DNA from: a virus
Lineage: Duplodnaviria > Caudoviricetes
Virus record (IMG/VR): IMGVR_UViG_3300043464_002149
Reading direction: 5' to 3' (one strand)
DNA: 64,000 nucleotides
The position numbers were made by a program, and so were the translations under genes. The first letter of the stretch is position 1. Every line of letters begins with the position of its first letter. The notes beneath the pieces were generated by a model. It was not told where the DNA came from. It worked only from the letters and a program-made list of their open reading frames with translations, and did not search any database. Shown here in pieces: positions 29,867 through 38,911 of the stretch.

Positions 29867-29897
29867 ATAAATATCTTTCATAGGATTTGATATTTAT
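29867..29897. promoter_or_regulatory. Back-to-back divergent late-promoter motifs (TATTTAT on each coding strand)
   Basis: ATAAATA at 29867-29873 serves the minus-strand gene at 29860; TATTTAT at 29891-29897 serves the plus-strand gene at 29914. Confidence 0.65.
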
Positions 29898-29913
29898 ATA
29901 AAAAACCATTTAG

Positions 29914-30645
29914 ATGAATAATTTTATTAAACAAGTGATTGAAGAAAAGTTTGCATCAAAAGCACAGCAAAGATTTTTCTATGCTCAGGCCGGTAAAGGG
30001 GGTAAAAAAGGTAAGAAGTGGGCAAAATGGGCTAAAGAATTCTCAGCAGATACGGATTTTAAAAAAATACCGGAAAAAGCAGAAAAAGAAGATGAAATTG
30101 AAGAAATTGTTGATGATAAGGGAAATATCAAAAGAAGTGATGTTCCATTAGTAATAAAAAAGAGCACAATTGGATCAAAGAAGAGAACAGACAAAGTTGT
30201 CAAAACTGGTGCTGGTGCAATGGGAACTCATGGTGTTCACGGTACACATACAACTTTAAAATATTGGGCTGAATCTGATATGAGTGGAGCTTTAGGGTAT
30301 GATGATACTCTTGGTGATGACGCGACATATGATCAAGCATATGAACATTTCACAAAAAAACTAGGATTAAGTGATGAAGAAGCTAAAGAAAGATTAAAAG
30401 CACTTGGATACATTCCTGGAGAAAAAGATCTAGTTAGACTTGTTGAAAATCCTAAAAAATATATGAACGATTATATTGAAAGTGTTTTAGTTAAAAAAAC
30501 TGACGATACTGACGTTCTAAGTAAAGACGAAAATAAGGTGGAATTAAACCCACTTATTAAAAAACAAATTGATTCCTTGAAAAAATCCTTAAAAAACAAT
30601 AATATATCTATAGATAAGATTATAAATCATTTGAAAAGTGAATAG
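29914..30645 (+). CDS. Hypothetical protein, probable head-internal protein
   Basis: N-terminal VIEE/KFASKAQQRFFYAQA basic module; late-promoter motif upstream. Confidence 0.5.
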   Translation: MNNFIKQVIEEKFASKAQQRFFYAQAGKGGKKGKKWAKWAKEFSADTDFKKIPEKAEKEDEIEEIVDDKGNIKRSDVPLVIKKSTIGSKKRTDKVVKTGAGAMGTHGVHGTHTTLKYWAESDMSGALGYDDTLGDDATYDQAYEHFTKKLGLSDEEAKERLKALGYIPGEKDLVRLVENPKKYMNDYIESVLVKKTDDTDVLSKDENKVELNPLIKKQIDSLKKSLKNNNISIDKIINHLKSE

Positions 30646-31132
30646 TCAATTAAAAGACAATGTGTATGATGTTCCAAACGATGTTTTGGAAAAAATAACT
30701 TCAGCTTTATCTTCTGTGAGTGATGAATCAACTCATGGCGTACAAAGAGCAAAAAGGCTTTGTTCTGAAAAGAAGGTAACATATGGTCAATTAAAAAGAA
30801 TTATACACGACATAAAAACAATAGATAAGGAAAATGATAATTTAAGGTATGAATTGTATGGTGGTGAATTGATGGAAAAATGGGCAAATACATTTTTAGA
30901 TGGTCAAAGAGGGTTAGTTAAATCGAAAAAACAATCATCACAAAAAATAAATAATTTAACCGGAATGAATGGTGTAAGAAAGAATCCGTTCCTTAATACC
31001 CATAAAAAATCTGAAGAAAAACCAACCTACACAAATTTTTTAAAGTCTAATTCAGATAAAACTTCCGTATCACCAATAACCTCAACAGGTATTTTCGAAG
31101 AAGTTGAAAGAATAAAAAAATTAATGTTATAA
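30638..31132 (+). CDS. Hypothetical protein
   Basis: 164-aa ORF ending FEEVERIKKLML; coupled to neighbouring genes. Confidence 0.55.
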   Translation: MNSQLKDNVYDVPNDVLEKITSALSSVSDESTHGVQRAKRLCSEKKVTYGQLKRIIHDIKTIDKENDNLRYELYGGELMEKWANTFLDGQRGLVKSKKQSSQKINNLTGMNGVRKNPFLNTHKKSEEKPTYTNFLKSNSDKTSVSPITSTGIFEEVERIKKLML

Positions 31133-31135
31133 ATT

Positions 31136-31789
31136 ATGCCAACACAATTAGAAATAATCGCGGAAAAACAAAGACAAGAACATCTTTCTAGAAATTCCTA
31201 TATTGAAAAAAATGGTTACTCATCAGTACACGAAAACGCATTATCAACAGGTGACGATAAAGGTAAGGGTGAAACAGATAAGATAGGTTCATCTACCGAC
31301 ATTCAAACTAGAATGAGCAATATTGTTAAAAATACATATTCTGGAGAAAATTCTTATGGTATAAACAATCCTAACGCGTTATCTGATGGTGATGAAAGAG
31401 GAAAGGGTGAAACAATTACTATAGGATCGAAAACTGATATTAATACTAGAACAGAATTATTGTCTAGAAACATATATAGCAATACAAAAGGTTATGGCGT
31501 AAACAATCCGAATGCTATTTCAGATGGTGATGAAAAAGGTAAAGGAGATAATAATGGAAAAGTTGGATCTCTAACTGATATTAACACAAGAACAGAATTA
31601 ATAAACAAAAATGTTTATAAAGGTGATAATGGTTATTCAAGTATTCACCCTAACGCATTATCTGACGGTGATATAAAAGGTAAAGGTGAAGTTAATACAC
31701 AAGTTGGTTCTTCAGTAGATATTAATAATCGAATTGACTCAATTGCACGAAACAAATACGGGGAAACTAAAAGGTATCCAGATTTTTAA
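31136..31789 (+). CDS. Repeat protein with four 46-47-aa units
   Basis: Unit consensus N.Y....GY....PNA(L/I)S(D/T)GD.KGKG.....(I/V)GS.TDI..R. Confidence 0.75.
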   Translation: MPTQLEIIAEKQRQEHLSRNSYIEKNGYSSVHENALSTGDDKGKGETDKIGSSTDIQTRMSNIVKNTYSGENSYGINNPNALSDGDERGKGETITIGSKTDINTRTELLSRNIYSNTKGYGVNNPNAISDGDEKGKGDNNGKVGSLTDINTRTELINKNVYKGDNGYSSIHPNALSDGDIKGKGEVNTQVGSSVDINNRIDSIARNKYGETKRYPDF

Positions 31790-31790
31790 T

Positions 31791-32792
31791 ATGAAATTAG
31801 AAGAAATAATTGAAGAGCAATACGATTCAATTTTAAAGACCAGTAAAAATAGACCATTGGTAGATGCTATTGTTAATAGACATCCTATTACTTTCTATTA
31901 TAGTGGGCCAAGAAAACCTAAAAAGAAGAGTGTAAAAGCGGGTTACCGTGTTAAAGCCGAAGCAGTTGCTCTTGGCGCAAATAAGCATACAGGTAATTTA
32001 GTTCTAAGAGCATATATAGACGATCCGTCTAAATCAAAAAGAGGTACACCTACTAAAGTTGGTAAAGAAAAATCAAATTATGGTTGGAGGACATTTTTAG
32101 TAGCTAGAATGTCAAGTATTCAAGTTATTTCAAATGAAACCTTCAACACAATTAGAGACAAATATAATGGAGGCGCCGACGATGCTTCTATGAGTCTTAC
32201 TTATGTTAAAACAGATTTTAGTTCAACCCCACCAAAACCAAAAATTGGCGACACTAAAAAACCAGAGAAAAAACCTACAGCTGAACCCGAAAAACCAAAA
32301 CCACCAACAATTACAAAACAAGCTAGAAACGTTGATGCTGAATTGAAAAAATTTGATGACGAATTAGCGACTATTGAAAATGAAATTCAGACCGCTTTAG
32401 CTTCATATAAAGAAAATAAAGGCACACCGGAAGAAAAGAAATTTATTGAGCAGTTAAAGGTTCTTGGTGATAAAAAGAAAGAATTATTAAATAAAATTGC
32501 TGACACTATCACTAATATTGGTAAAGACGTAAAACCGGAAGATAAGCCAAAAATAAATGCATTTACTAGAAGGGTTTCAGCAAAAAAGAACGATCCCGAA
32601 ACACTTATTCCGTTACCAGCAGAAAAACCAAGCAAAACACCTAATCAAAAAGATCAAACACCTGAGGTAAAGGATAAAAAATTACCACAGGTACCTAAAA
32701 AAGAAAAACCAACTGAAGATCCTGATGATAATCGTTATGATTTAAATGAAAACTTTGTAAATCGAGTAAAAAAACTTATTTCATACTTTTAA
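31791..32792 (+). CDS. WYL-like domain protein with Pro/Lys-rich linker and coiled coil
   Basis: LVDAIVNRHPITFYY...RVKAEAVALG...LVLRAY...GWRTFLVARMSSIQV matches the WYL/Sm-like pattern. Start reassigned to MKLEEIIEE. Confidence 0.65.
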   Translation: MKLEEIIEEQYDSILKTSKNRPLVDAIVNRHPITFYYSGPRKPKKKSVKAGYRVKAEAVALGANKHTGNLVLRAYIDDPSKSKRGTPTKVGKEKSNYGWRTFLVARMSSIQVISNETFNTIRDKYNGGADDASMSLTYVKTDFSSTPPKPKIGDTKKPEKKPTAEPEKPKPPTITKQARNVDAELKKFDDELATIENEIQTALASYKENKGTPEEKKFIEQLKVLGDKKKELLNKIADTITNIGKDVKPEDKPKINAFTRRVSAKKNDPETLIPLPAEKPSKTPNQKDQTPEVKDKKLPQVPKKEKPTEDPDDNRYDLNENFVNRVKKLISYF

Positions 32793-32831
32793 CTTTATTT
32801 TAATCAAACAAACAAATATATTTATAATATT

Positions 32832-33383
32832 ATGGGAAACGGTACAATATCAGAAAATGATTTAATGCACAAATTAGTGCAAGCAAAAAAAGTAATGAAT
32901 AAAGTTGACGGCGGTGACTTCGAAAGAGGGCACGTCAATGAAAACATTTTAAAAAGTGCACCAGAAGATATCACACCACAATCTGTATCTGCAACTAGAG
33001 AAATGCCAGTGCCTAATATAGATAAAATAAAACAATCTAAATTACCGGACGCTATTAAACAAGCGTATATCGATAACCCAATTCCACAAATATCATTAAA
33101 TGAAACCTTAGATATGGATTTTGTAAAAGGGGCAAAAAAATTAATGGAAAAAGAAGGTTTAAGTAAACCAACCCCTCAACAAAAACAAACAACTGGTACA
33201 GCAAATATTGATATGAACGCAATAGCTGTTTTAATTGAGAACACCGTTCGTAAGGTTATGGATGAAAAATTAAATCAAATTCTAACAGCACAACAAACAA
33301 CATCAATAAATGAAAATCTGGTGTTGAAAGTTGGTGATTCTGTTTTCAAAGGTAAGATTACCGGCGTAAACAAAGCTAAGTAA
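32832..33383 (+). CDS. Hypothetical protein
   Basis: 183-aa ORF with TATTTAT upstream (32819). Confidence 0.55.
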   Translation: MGNGTISENDLMHKLVQAKKVMNKVDGGDFERGHVNENILKSAPEDITPQSVSATREMPVPNIDKIKQSKLPDAIKQAYIDNPIPQISLNETLDMDFVKGAKKLMEKEGLSKPTPQQKQTTGTANIDMNAIAVLIENTVRKVMDEKLNQILTAQQTTSINENLVLKVGDSVFKGKITGVNKAK

Positions 33384-33434
33384 TATTCACTTTTATTTTT
33401 TATTTCCTTATAATAGACATATAAGATTAAAAAA

Positions 33435-34661
33435 ATGTCTAAAATAAGAGTATTAGCTATTCCATCTGATAGCCACGGTGTTGGTAAGTACAGAGTACTA
33501 GATCCATTTAAATTTATTGGTAATAAACATTCTGATGAAATTCATGTAGATATTGTAATGAATTTAGAAGACAATGATAGCGTATTTGATAATTACGATG
33601 TTGTTGTTTTCCATAGTTTTATTCATATGGCTCCTCATGAAAGAAACATGGAAAGAATTGAATGGTTAAAAAAACGAGGAATCAAAGTCGTAATGGACAT
33701 TGATGATTTTTGGTCTGTAGATCAAAGACACCCAATGTATGAACAAATTAAAAAACAAAACATAGCAGAAAAAAAAGTTTTATTTTTAAAAGCTGCTGAT
33801 TATATAACATGTACTACTGAATCTTTTGCAAACGAAATTAAAAAACGAATAGGTGCAAAAAATGTATTTGTTTTTCCTAATGCTGTTGATGACACAGAAC
33901 CACAGTTTCAATCAAACCCAATTAAGTCTGATAAGATTCGATTCGGTTGGTTAGGTGGATCTTCACATTTGCACGATATTGAACTAATGAAAAGCGGTAT
34001 TGAAACCACACAAAACCAATATAAAGATAAATCACAATTTGTTTTATGTGGGTTCGATTTAAGAGGTAGTGTTCACGAAATTGATAGATCAACCGGTCAA
34101 GTAACACAAAGACCAATATTACCACATGAAACAGTTTGGTCAAAATATGAAAGTATTTTTACTTCTGGTTATAAAGTTTTAGACACAGATTATAAAAACT
34201 TTCTATTATCATATACCCAATCAGATTATCCAACTATGGATGTTCCATACGTGAGAAGATGGACACAAGATATTAACAAATACGCATTGAATTACAATTA
34301 TTTTGATGTTTCATTAGCCCCACTAGTTGAATCACATTTCAATTCTTGTAAATCTCAGTTAAAAGTTATTGAGGCAGGATTTCACAAAAAAGCGATTATT
34401 GCAAGTGAAAATATGCCATATACTCTAGATTTAATTTCAGCAGTTGATGAAGGTAAATTCAAAGATACAGGTAATGCGTTGATGGTATCTTCTAGAAAAA
34501 ACCACAAAGATTGGGGAAAACATATGAAAAGATTAATTGAAAACCCTAATATGATTGAAGATTTGGGTAATAGATTATATGAAACTGTTAAGGACAAATA
34601 CGCACTAAAAAATGTTTGCGCTGACCGCGTTCAATTTCTCAAATCCATAGTAAATAAATAA
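33435..34661 (+). CDS. Glycosyltransferase, GT-B fold (GT4-like)
   Basis: GVGKYR...P, VVMDIDDFW, RFGWLGGSSHLHD, DVSLAPL...FNSCKSQLKVIEAG...IIAS. Confidence 0.85.
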   Translation: MSKIRVLAIPSDSHGVGKYRVLDPFKFIGNKHSDEIHVDIVMNLEDNDSVFDNYDVVVFHSFIHMAPHERNMERIEWLKKRGIKVVMDIDDFWSVDQRHPMYEQIKKQNIAEKKVLFLKAADYITCTTESFANEIKKRIGAKNVFVFPNAVDDTEPQFQSNPIKSDKIRFGWLGGSSHLHDIELMKSGIETTQNQYKDKSQFVLCGFDLRGSVHEIDRSTGQVTQRPILPHETVWSKYESIFTSGYKVLDTDYKNFLLSYTQSDYPTMDVPYVRRWTQDINKYALNYNYFDVSLAPLVESHFNSCKSQLKVIEAGFHKKAIIASENMPYTLDLISAVDEGKFKDTGNALMVSSRKNHKDWGKHMKRLIENPNMIEDLGNRLYETVKDKYALKNVCADRVQFLKSIVNK

Positions 34662-34720
34662 TTTTTGGTTTTTTGAAAAAAAATGACTATATTAGTTTAT
34701 AACATTAAAATCAAAAAATT

Positions 34721-34951
34721 ATGTATTACTTAGTTACAATCGGTTATGAAACCGAACAAATGGACAGAGAGGGTAACCCTAGAATTAAAAAAGTAAAATA
34801 CGTCCTCCAGGCGGAATCAGTTGAAGAAGCAACAATCGTTGCTGGCAAATACAGATCTGGCGACATTAGAGGAAGTGAAAGCTTAAGTATAGCAAAAATG
34901 CCAATTGAATGTGTAATAGACGCGAAAAACACTCCGGAATATTACAAGTAA
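34721..34951 (+). CDS. DUF4494-like protein (Bacteroidota-type)
   Basis: Y.V.I.YE.......G....K..YVLQAESVEEA pattern, recognised from memory of that family. Confidence 0.5.
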   Translation: MYYLVTIGYETEQMDREGNPRIKKVKYVLQAESVEEATIVAGKYRSGDIRGSESLSIAKMPIECVIDAKNTPEYYK

Positions 34952-34952
34952 A

Positions 34953-35522
34953 ATGATTTCGAAAGAAAAAATTGAAAAAAACAAAAACAAGTTTCTTGAA
35001 GTAAATGAAACTTACAGCATTTTTACAAAAGAGTTAGAAGAGTTTCTGGGTGATGATTTTTATCATTGCCCAGCTTCTCCTTCTCTGGATTTATACGGAG
35101 CGTATCCAGGTGGTTTATTGGATCATCTTTTAAAGGTTTGTAAATATTCCCTTTACATAAATGATATTCTACCTGAAAAAATAAAATTAGAAAAAAACAA
35201 AATAATAAAAACTGTTTTTTTATCTCAAATAGGAAAAGTCTTCTTATTTAAACCAAATCAAAGCGAATGGCACAGAATTAATCAAGGTAAAATGTATGTA
35301 TACCAAACAGAAGGTATGATAGCAATGAAACCGGGTGAAAGAAGTGCATATTACGCATTAAAATATGGTTGTAATTTAACTGAAGATGAATACCAGTCAA
35401 TAATTAACACAGATAAAGATTCTGATGATAAAATGGCAAAATGGCATTCATCAATGTTATCACAGATATTAAAACACGGATTTGAACTAGCATTAATAGA
35501 AGAAAAATATGGAAGCAAATAG
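34953..35522 (+). CDS. HD-domain-like protein, catalytic residues apparently lost
   Basis: PAS...AYPGGLLDHLLKV is the HD N-terminal motif, but the HD dyad reads FLSQIGK. Confidence 0.65.
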   Translation: MISKEKIEKNKNKFLEVNETYSIFTKELEEFLGDDFYHCPASPSLDLYGAYPGGLLDHLLKVCKYSLYINDILPEKIKLEKNKIIKTVFLSQIGKVFLFKPNQSEWHRINQGKMYVYQTEGMIAMKPGERSAYYALKYGCNLTEDEYQSIINTDKDSDDKMAKWHSSMLSQILKHGFELALIEEKYGSK

Positions 35523-36126
35523 TAATTTTTTGAACATCTTAGAAAAACTTAAAGAGTACGAATCTATTTTATCTACGGATGAAAACGCAGATTTAGATGA
35601 AACTTTAGTAAATGAAATAAACCAAACATTAGATGAGTTGAATGAAGAAGTTTATACCGCACAAGCGAAAGAGTTTTCTTCATTTTTTATTAAATTCATT
35701 AATAAATCAACAAATGAAGATCCCAAGTTTGCTTATGAGGGGGATAGTGGATTTGACTTAAGAGCAGACATTGAAGAGCCTATTGTGATACAACCTTTTA
35801 AGCGGGTTTTAGTACCAACAGGATTATATTTTGAATTGGTTAAAGGTATTGAAATACAAGTTAGACCAAGAAGTGGTTTAGCAGTAAAACATGGTATTAC
35901 TGTGTTAAATAGCCCAGGAACCGTTGATAGCCACTATAGAGGCGAGGTCAAAGTACCATTAATAAATCTAGGCGAAGAGCCTTTTAAGATTGAAAAGGGT
36001 GACAGAATAGCTCAGGCTGTGGTTTGTCCAGTATTTGGGGAAGGTAAAATTCAATTAACTAAAACGGACGAAATAAACGACACACCTAGAGGAGAAGGCG
36101 GCTTTAATTCTAGTGGTATTAAGTGA
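35509..36126 (+). CDS. dut: Trimeric dUTPase with acidic N-terminal extension
   Basis: Motifs GDSGFDL, RPRSGLA, GTVDSHYRGE, DRIAQ, RGEGGFNSSG. Confidence 0.93.
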   Translation: MEANSNFLNILEKLKEYESILSTDENADLDETLVNEINQTLDELNEEVYTAQAKEFSSFFIKFINKSTNEDPKFAYEGDSGFDLRADIEEPIVIQPFKRVLVPTGLYFELVKGIEIQVRPRSGLAVKHGITVLNSPGTVDSHYRGEVKVPLINLGEEPFKIEKGDRIAQAVVCPVFGEGKIQLTKTDEINDTPRGEGGFNSSGIK

Positions 36127-36172
36127 TATTTATAAAGGTGAAAAATAACCGTTAAAATTAAAAATTAAAGTT

Positions 36173-36886
36173 TTGATAAAATCAAGAAATAAAACCGTCG
36201 TTTTAGAAGAGAGAAAAACACCACATAAGCAAAGAATCAAAGAACTGATCAAAAAGCCCAAAGAGAAATTTTTAACACAATCACAAGAAGAATATTGGAG
36301 AATATTGGGTGAAAATCAAATAACATTATGTTTTGGCCCAGCCGGGGTTGGTAAATCTTACATAGCCATGAAAAGAGCTATAGATCTACTTTGGGATGAC
36401 GATAACAAATATGAGAAGATTATTATTGTTAGACCAGCAGTTGAAGCTGAAGAGAAGTTAGGCTCACTTCCTGGCGGTTTAGAAGAAAAGTTAGACCCAT
36501 ACATTTATCCTTCATATTATCTTTTAAATAAGATTATTGGGAAAGAAGCGAGAGAAAGAATGAAAGATGAGGGATATATTGAAGTTGCTGCATTGGCTTA
36601 CATGAGAGGTTGGAACGTTGATAATACAATCCTAGTTTTTGAAGAAGCACAAAACGCAACACCAGCACAAATAAAATTATTACTAACAAGAATCGGTTTT
36701 AATTCAAAATTTTTCCTATCTGGTGATTTAGAACAATCAGATAAATTTAAAGATAAAACTAAAACGGGTCTTTACGATGCTAAGAAAAGATTAGAAAATG
36801 TTAGAGGCATTGGAATTTTTGAATTTGGAAATGAAGATATCGTTAGAAACCCAATTATCGGCGAAATCTTGAAAAGATACGAGTAA
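36173..36886 (+). CDS. phoH: PhoH-family ATPase
   Basis: GPAGVGKSY, IIIVRPAVEA.EKLGSLPG, LAYMRG, EEAQN, LLTRIG, GDLEQSD, DIVRNP. TTG start. Confidence 0.93.
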   Translation: MIKSRNKTVVLEERKTPHKQRIKELIKKPKEKFLTQSQEEYWRILGENQITLCFGPAGVGKSYIAMKRAIDLLWDDDNKYEKIIIVRPAVEAEEKLGSLPGGLEEKLDPYIYPSYYLLNKIIGKEARERMKDEGYIEVAALAYMRGWNVDNTILVFEEAQNATPAQIKLLLTRIGFNSKFFLSGDLEQSDKFKDKTKTGLYDAKKRLENVRGIGIFEFGNEDIVRNPIIGEILKRYE

Positions 36887-36929
36887 TTACCCATTTACTT
36901 TATTAAATTTAAACCCTATCTTTTGAAAT

Positions 36930-37571
36930 ATGAACATATATATTTCAATTGATGGGGTTTTACGTAATTTCATAAATAGATTTCATTATCATTATGAAAA
37001 TGCATACATCGATGTTGATGTAGAGGCAAGTGAAGATAAGTTTGATTACAAAGTAATTGAACCTATAACAAATCTAGATCTATCAGATCATTTTCTTTTT
37101 CAATCTAAGGAGCAAAAAGATTTTTTTCAGTACATTGAATATCCAATGGAACTTTATGGCCATTCTCCGGTGAGTTATAACAATGTATATAACGAACTAA
37201 ATAAATTTGTTTATGATTACAAAGATCATAATGTCACAATCATTGGTTTAGACGAACTAGGTAAAGCAAGACCTGCAACATTCTTTTTTTTATCTAGAAG
37301 TGGTTTTATGGTAAACAATATCAAATTTGTTCTAAGTAAAGATTTAGAAAAAGAATGGGAGAATGTTGATGTTTGGATAAGTGATTCTGAAAAAATATTA
37401 CAACATAAACCAAAGGATAAAGAATTTATATTGTTTAAAACACAATATAACCAACACTTTACTTATGAAAAAACAATTAATAAATTAAGTGATATCAATA
37501 TTGATGGAAATAATATATTAATTGATATTAATAAAAACGAAAAACTAATAACAGATGGCGGAATTTTATAA
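36930..37571 (+). CDS. HAD-superfamily 5'(3')-nucleotidase-like protein, degenerate active site
   Basis: Motif I reads ISIDGVL (nucleophile Asp replaced by Ser); motif IV reads WISDS. Confidence 0.6.
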   Translation: MNIYISIDGVLRNFINRFHYHYENAYIDVDVEASEDKFDYKVIEPITNLDLSDHFLFQSKEQKDFFQYIEYPMELYGHSPVSYNNVYNELNKFVYDYKDHNVTIIGLDELGKARPATFFFLSRSGFMVNNIKFVLSKDLEKEWENVDVWISDSEKILQHKPKDKEFILFKTQYNQHFTYEKTINKLSDINIDGNNILIDINKNEKLITDGGIL

Positions 37572-37839
37572 CAAAAACTATTACATCGATATCGATGGAA
37601 TGATAGAAAAATGTAGAACAGGCGGTACTCTACAAGATGAGGATGGGAAAGACGTTATGGAAATAAATGTTTTCAAATATGAACTTTTAAAAATGATGTT
37701 AGATAGAGTACTAAATGAAATTGATGATATTGAAGAGGATGATGTTCTTTCTTCATTAAAACCAAGTCCAAGTTCATTATCATTTAACCTAGCATTCAAC
37801 ACCCTAATTCAATACGGAATAATAAACGAAGAAATATAA
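37555..37839 (+). CDS. Hypothetical protein (94 aa)
   Basis: ORF overlapping the upstream gene within the operon. Confidence 0.55.
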   Translation: MAEFYNKNYYIDIDGMIEKCRTGGTLQDEDGKDVMEINVFKYELLKMMLDRVLNEIDDIEEDDVLSSLKPSPSSLSFNLAFNTLIQYGIINEEI

Positions 37840-37843
37840 AAAA

Positions 37844-38911
37844 ATGAGTGAAAAATTAAAAAACATCGAAAAATTACAAGACGCACTACTGAGGTTGGAA
37901 ACTAAAGAAAATAAAATTTATTTTTTATGTTACGACACTAGAGGTGCAGCTAAAGCTTCTGTTAAGCACATATATGATATGGCACTTTTTCTTAAGGAAG
38001 CAGGAATGGATAGCAATATACTAGTAGAAGATACGAGTTTTGCTGGGGTATCTAGCTGGTTAGGTGAGGAATATAGTAAAATACCTGTTGTTTCAATTAA
38101 AGACAATAAAGTTGAAATGTCAATTGATGATGTTTTGGTAATACCAGAACAATATTCTAATGTTTTACAACAATTATCTAATATTAGATGTACTAAAATT
38201 ATGTTAGTACAACAGAAAGAATATATGTATGATTCTTTACCAATTGGTAGCCGTTGGAAAGACTATGGTATTGAAAAGGTTATTACAACAACCAATGCTG
38301 CTAAAAAGTACATTAATGAATATTTCCCAGAAGCGTTAGTTTTTGTTATTCCTCCAGTAATCGAAGATTATTTTACAAAATCAGAAAAGTCACAAAAACC
38401 ATATATTGCAATTAGTGTAAGAGATCGTGTTAAGCACAGAAAACTTATTTCTGAATTCTATTTAAAATACCCACAATTAAGATGGGTTACATTTAAAGAT
38501 ATGGTACAAATGTCAAATAAAGAATTCGCAGATTCATTAAAAGAATGTTTAGTATCGTTATGGTTAGATGATGACAGTACTTTTGGTACATTCCCATTAG
38601 AATCAATGAAATCTAATGTGCCAGTTGTTGGTAAAATCCCATCAACAGAACCTGATTGGTTAAGTGAAAATGGTATATGGACATATGATGAAAATAAGTT
38701 AGTTGAATTGTTAGGGACTTATACTTTAGCTTGGTTAGAAGGTGCTGGTATTACCGATGAGGTAAAAGACAAAATGATGGAAACATTAACACCATATGAT
38801 AAAGAAATAACAAAAAATAATGTCATTAACATATTTGAATCTTTCAATTCAAAAAGAGTTGAAACAATAACAAAAGCATTAGAAAAATTAAAAGAAGAAG
38901 AAACAGTATGA
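37844..38911 (+). CDS. Glycosyltransferase-like protein, GT-B fold
   Basis: DDVLVIPE and DDSTFGTFPLESMKSNVPVVG (a variant of the GT4 E-GFG-P-LEAM motif). Confidence 0.7.
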   Translation: MSEKLKNIEKLQDALLRLETKENKIYFLCYDTRGAAKASVKHIYDMALFLKEAGMDSNILVEDTSFAGVSSWLGEEYSKIPVVSIKDNKVEMSIDDVLVIPEQYSNVLQQLSNIRCTKIMLVQQKEYMYDSLPIGSRWKDYGIEKVITTTNAAKKYINEYFPEALVFVIPPVIEDYFTKSEKSQKPYIAISVRDRVKHRKLISEFYLKYPQLRWVTFKDMVQMSNKEFADSLKECLVSLWLDDDSTFGTFPLESMKSNVPVVGKIPSTEPDWLSENGIWTYDENKLVELLGTYTLAWLEGAGITDEVKDKMMETLTPYDKEITKNNVINIFESFNSKRVETITKALEKLKEEETV

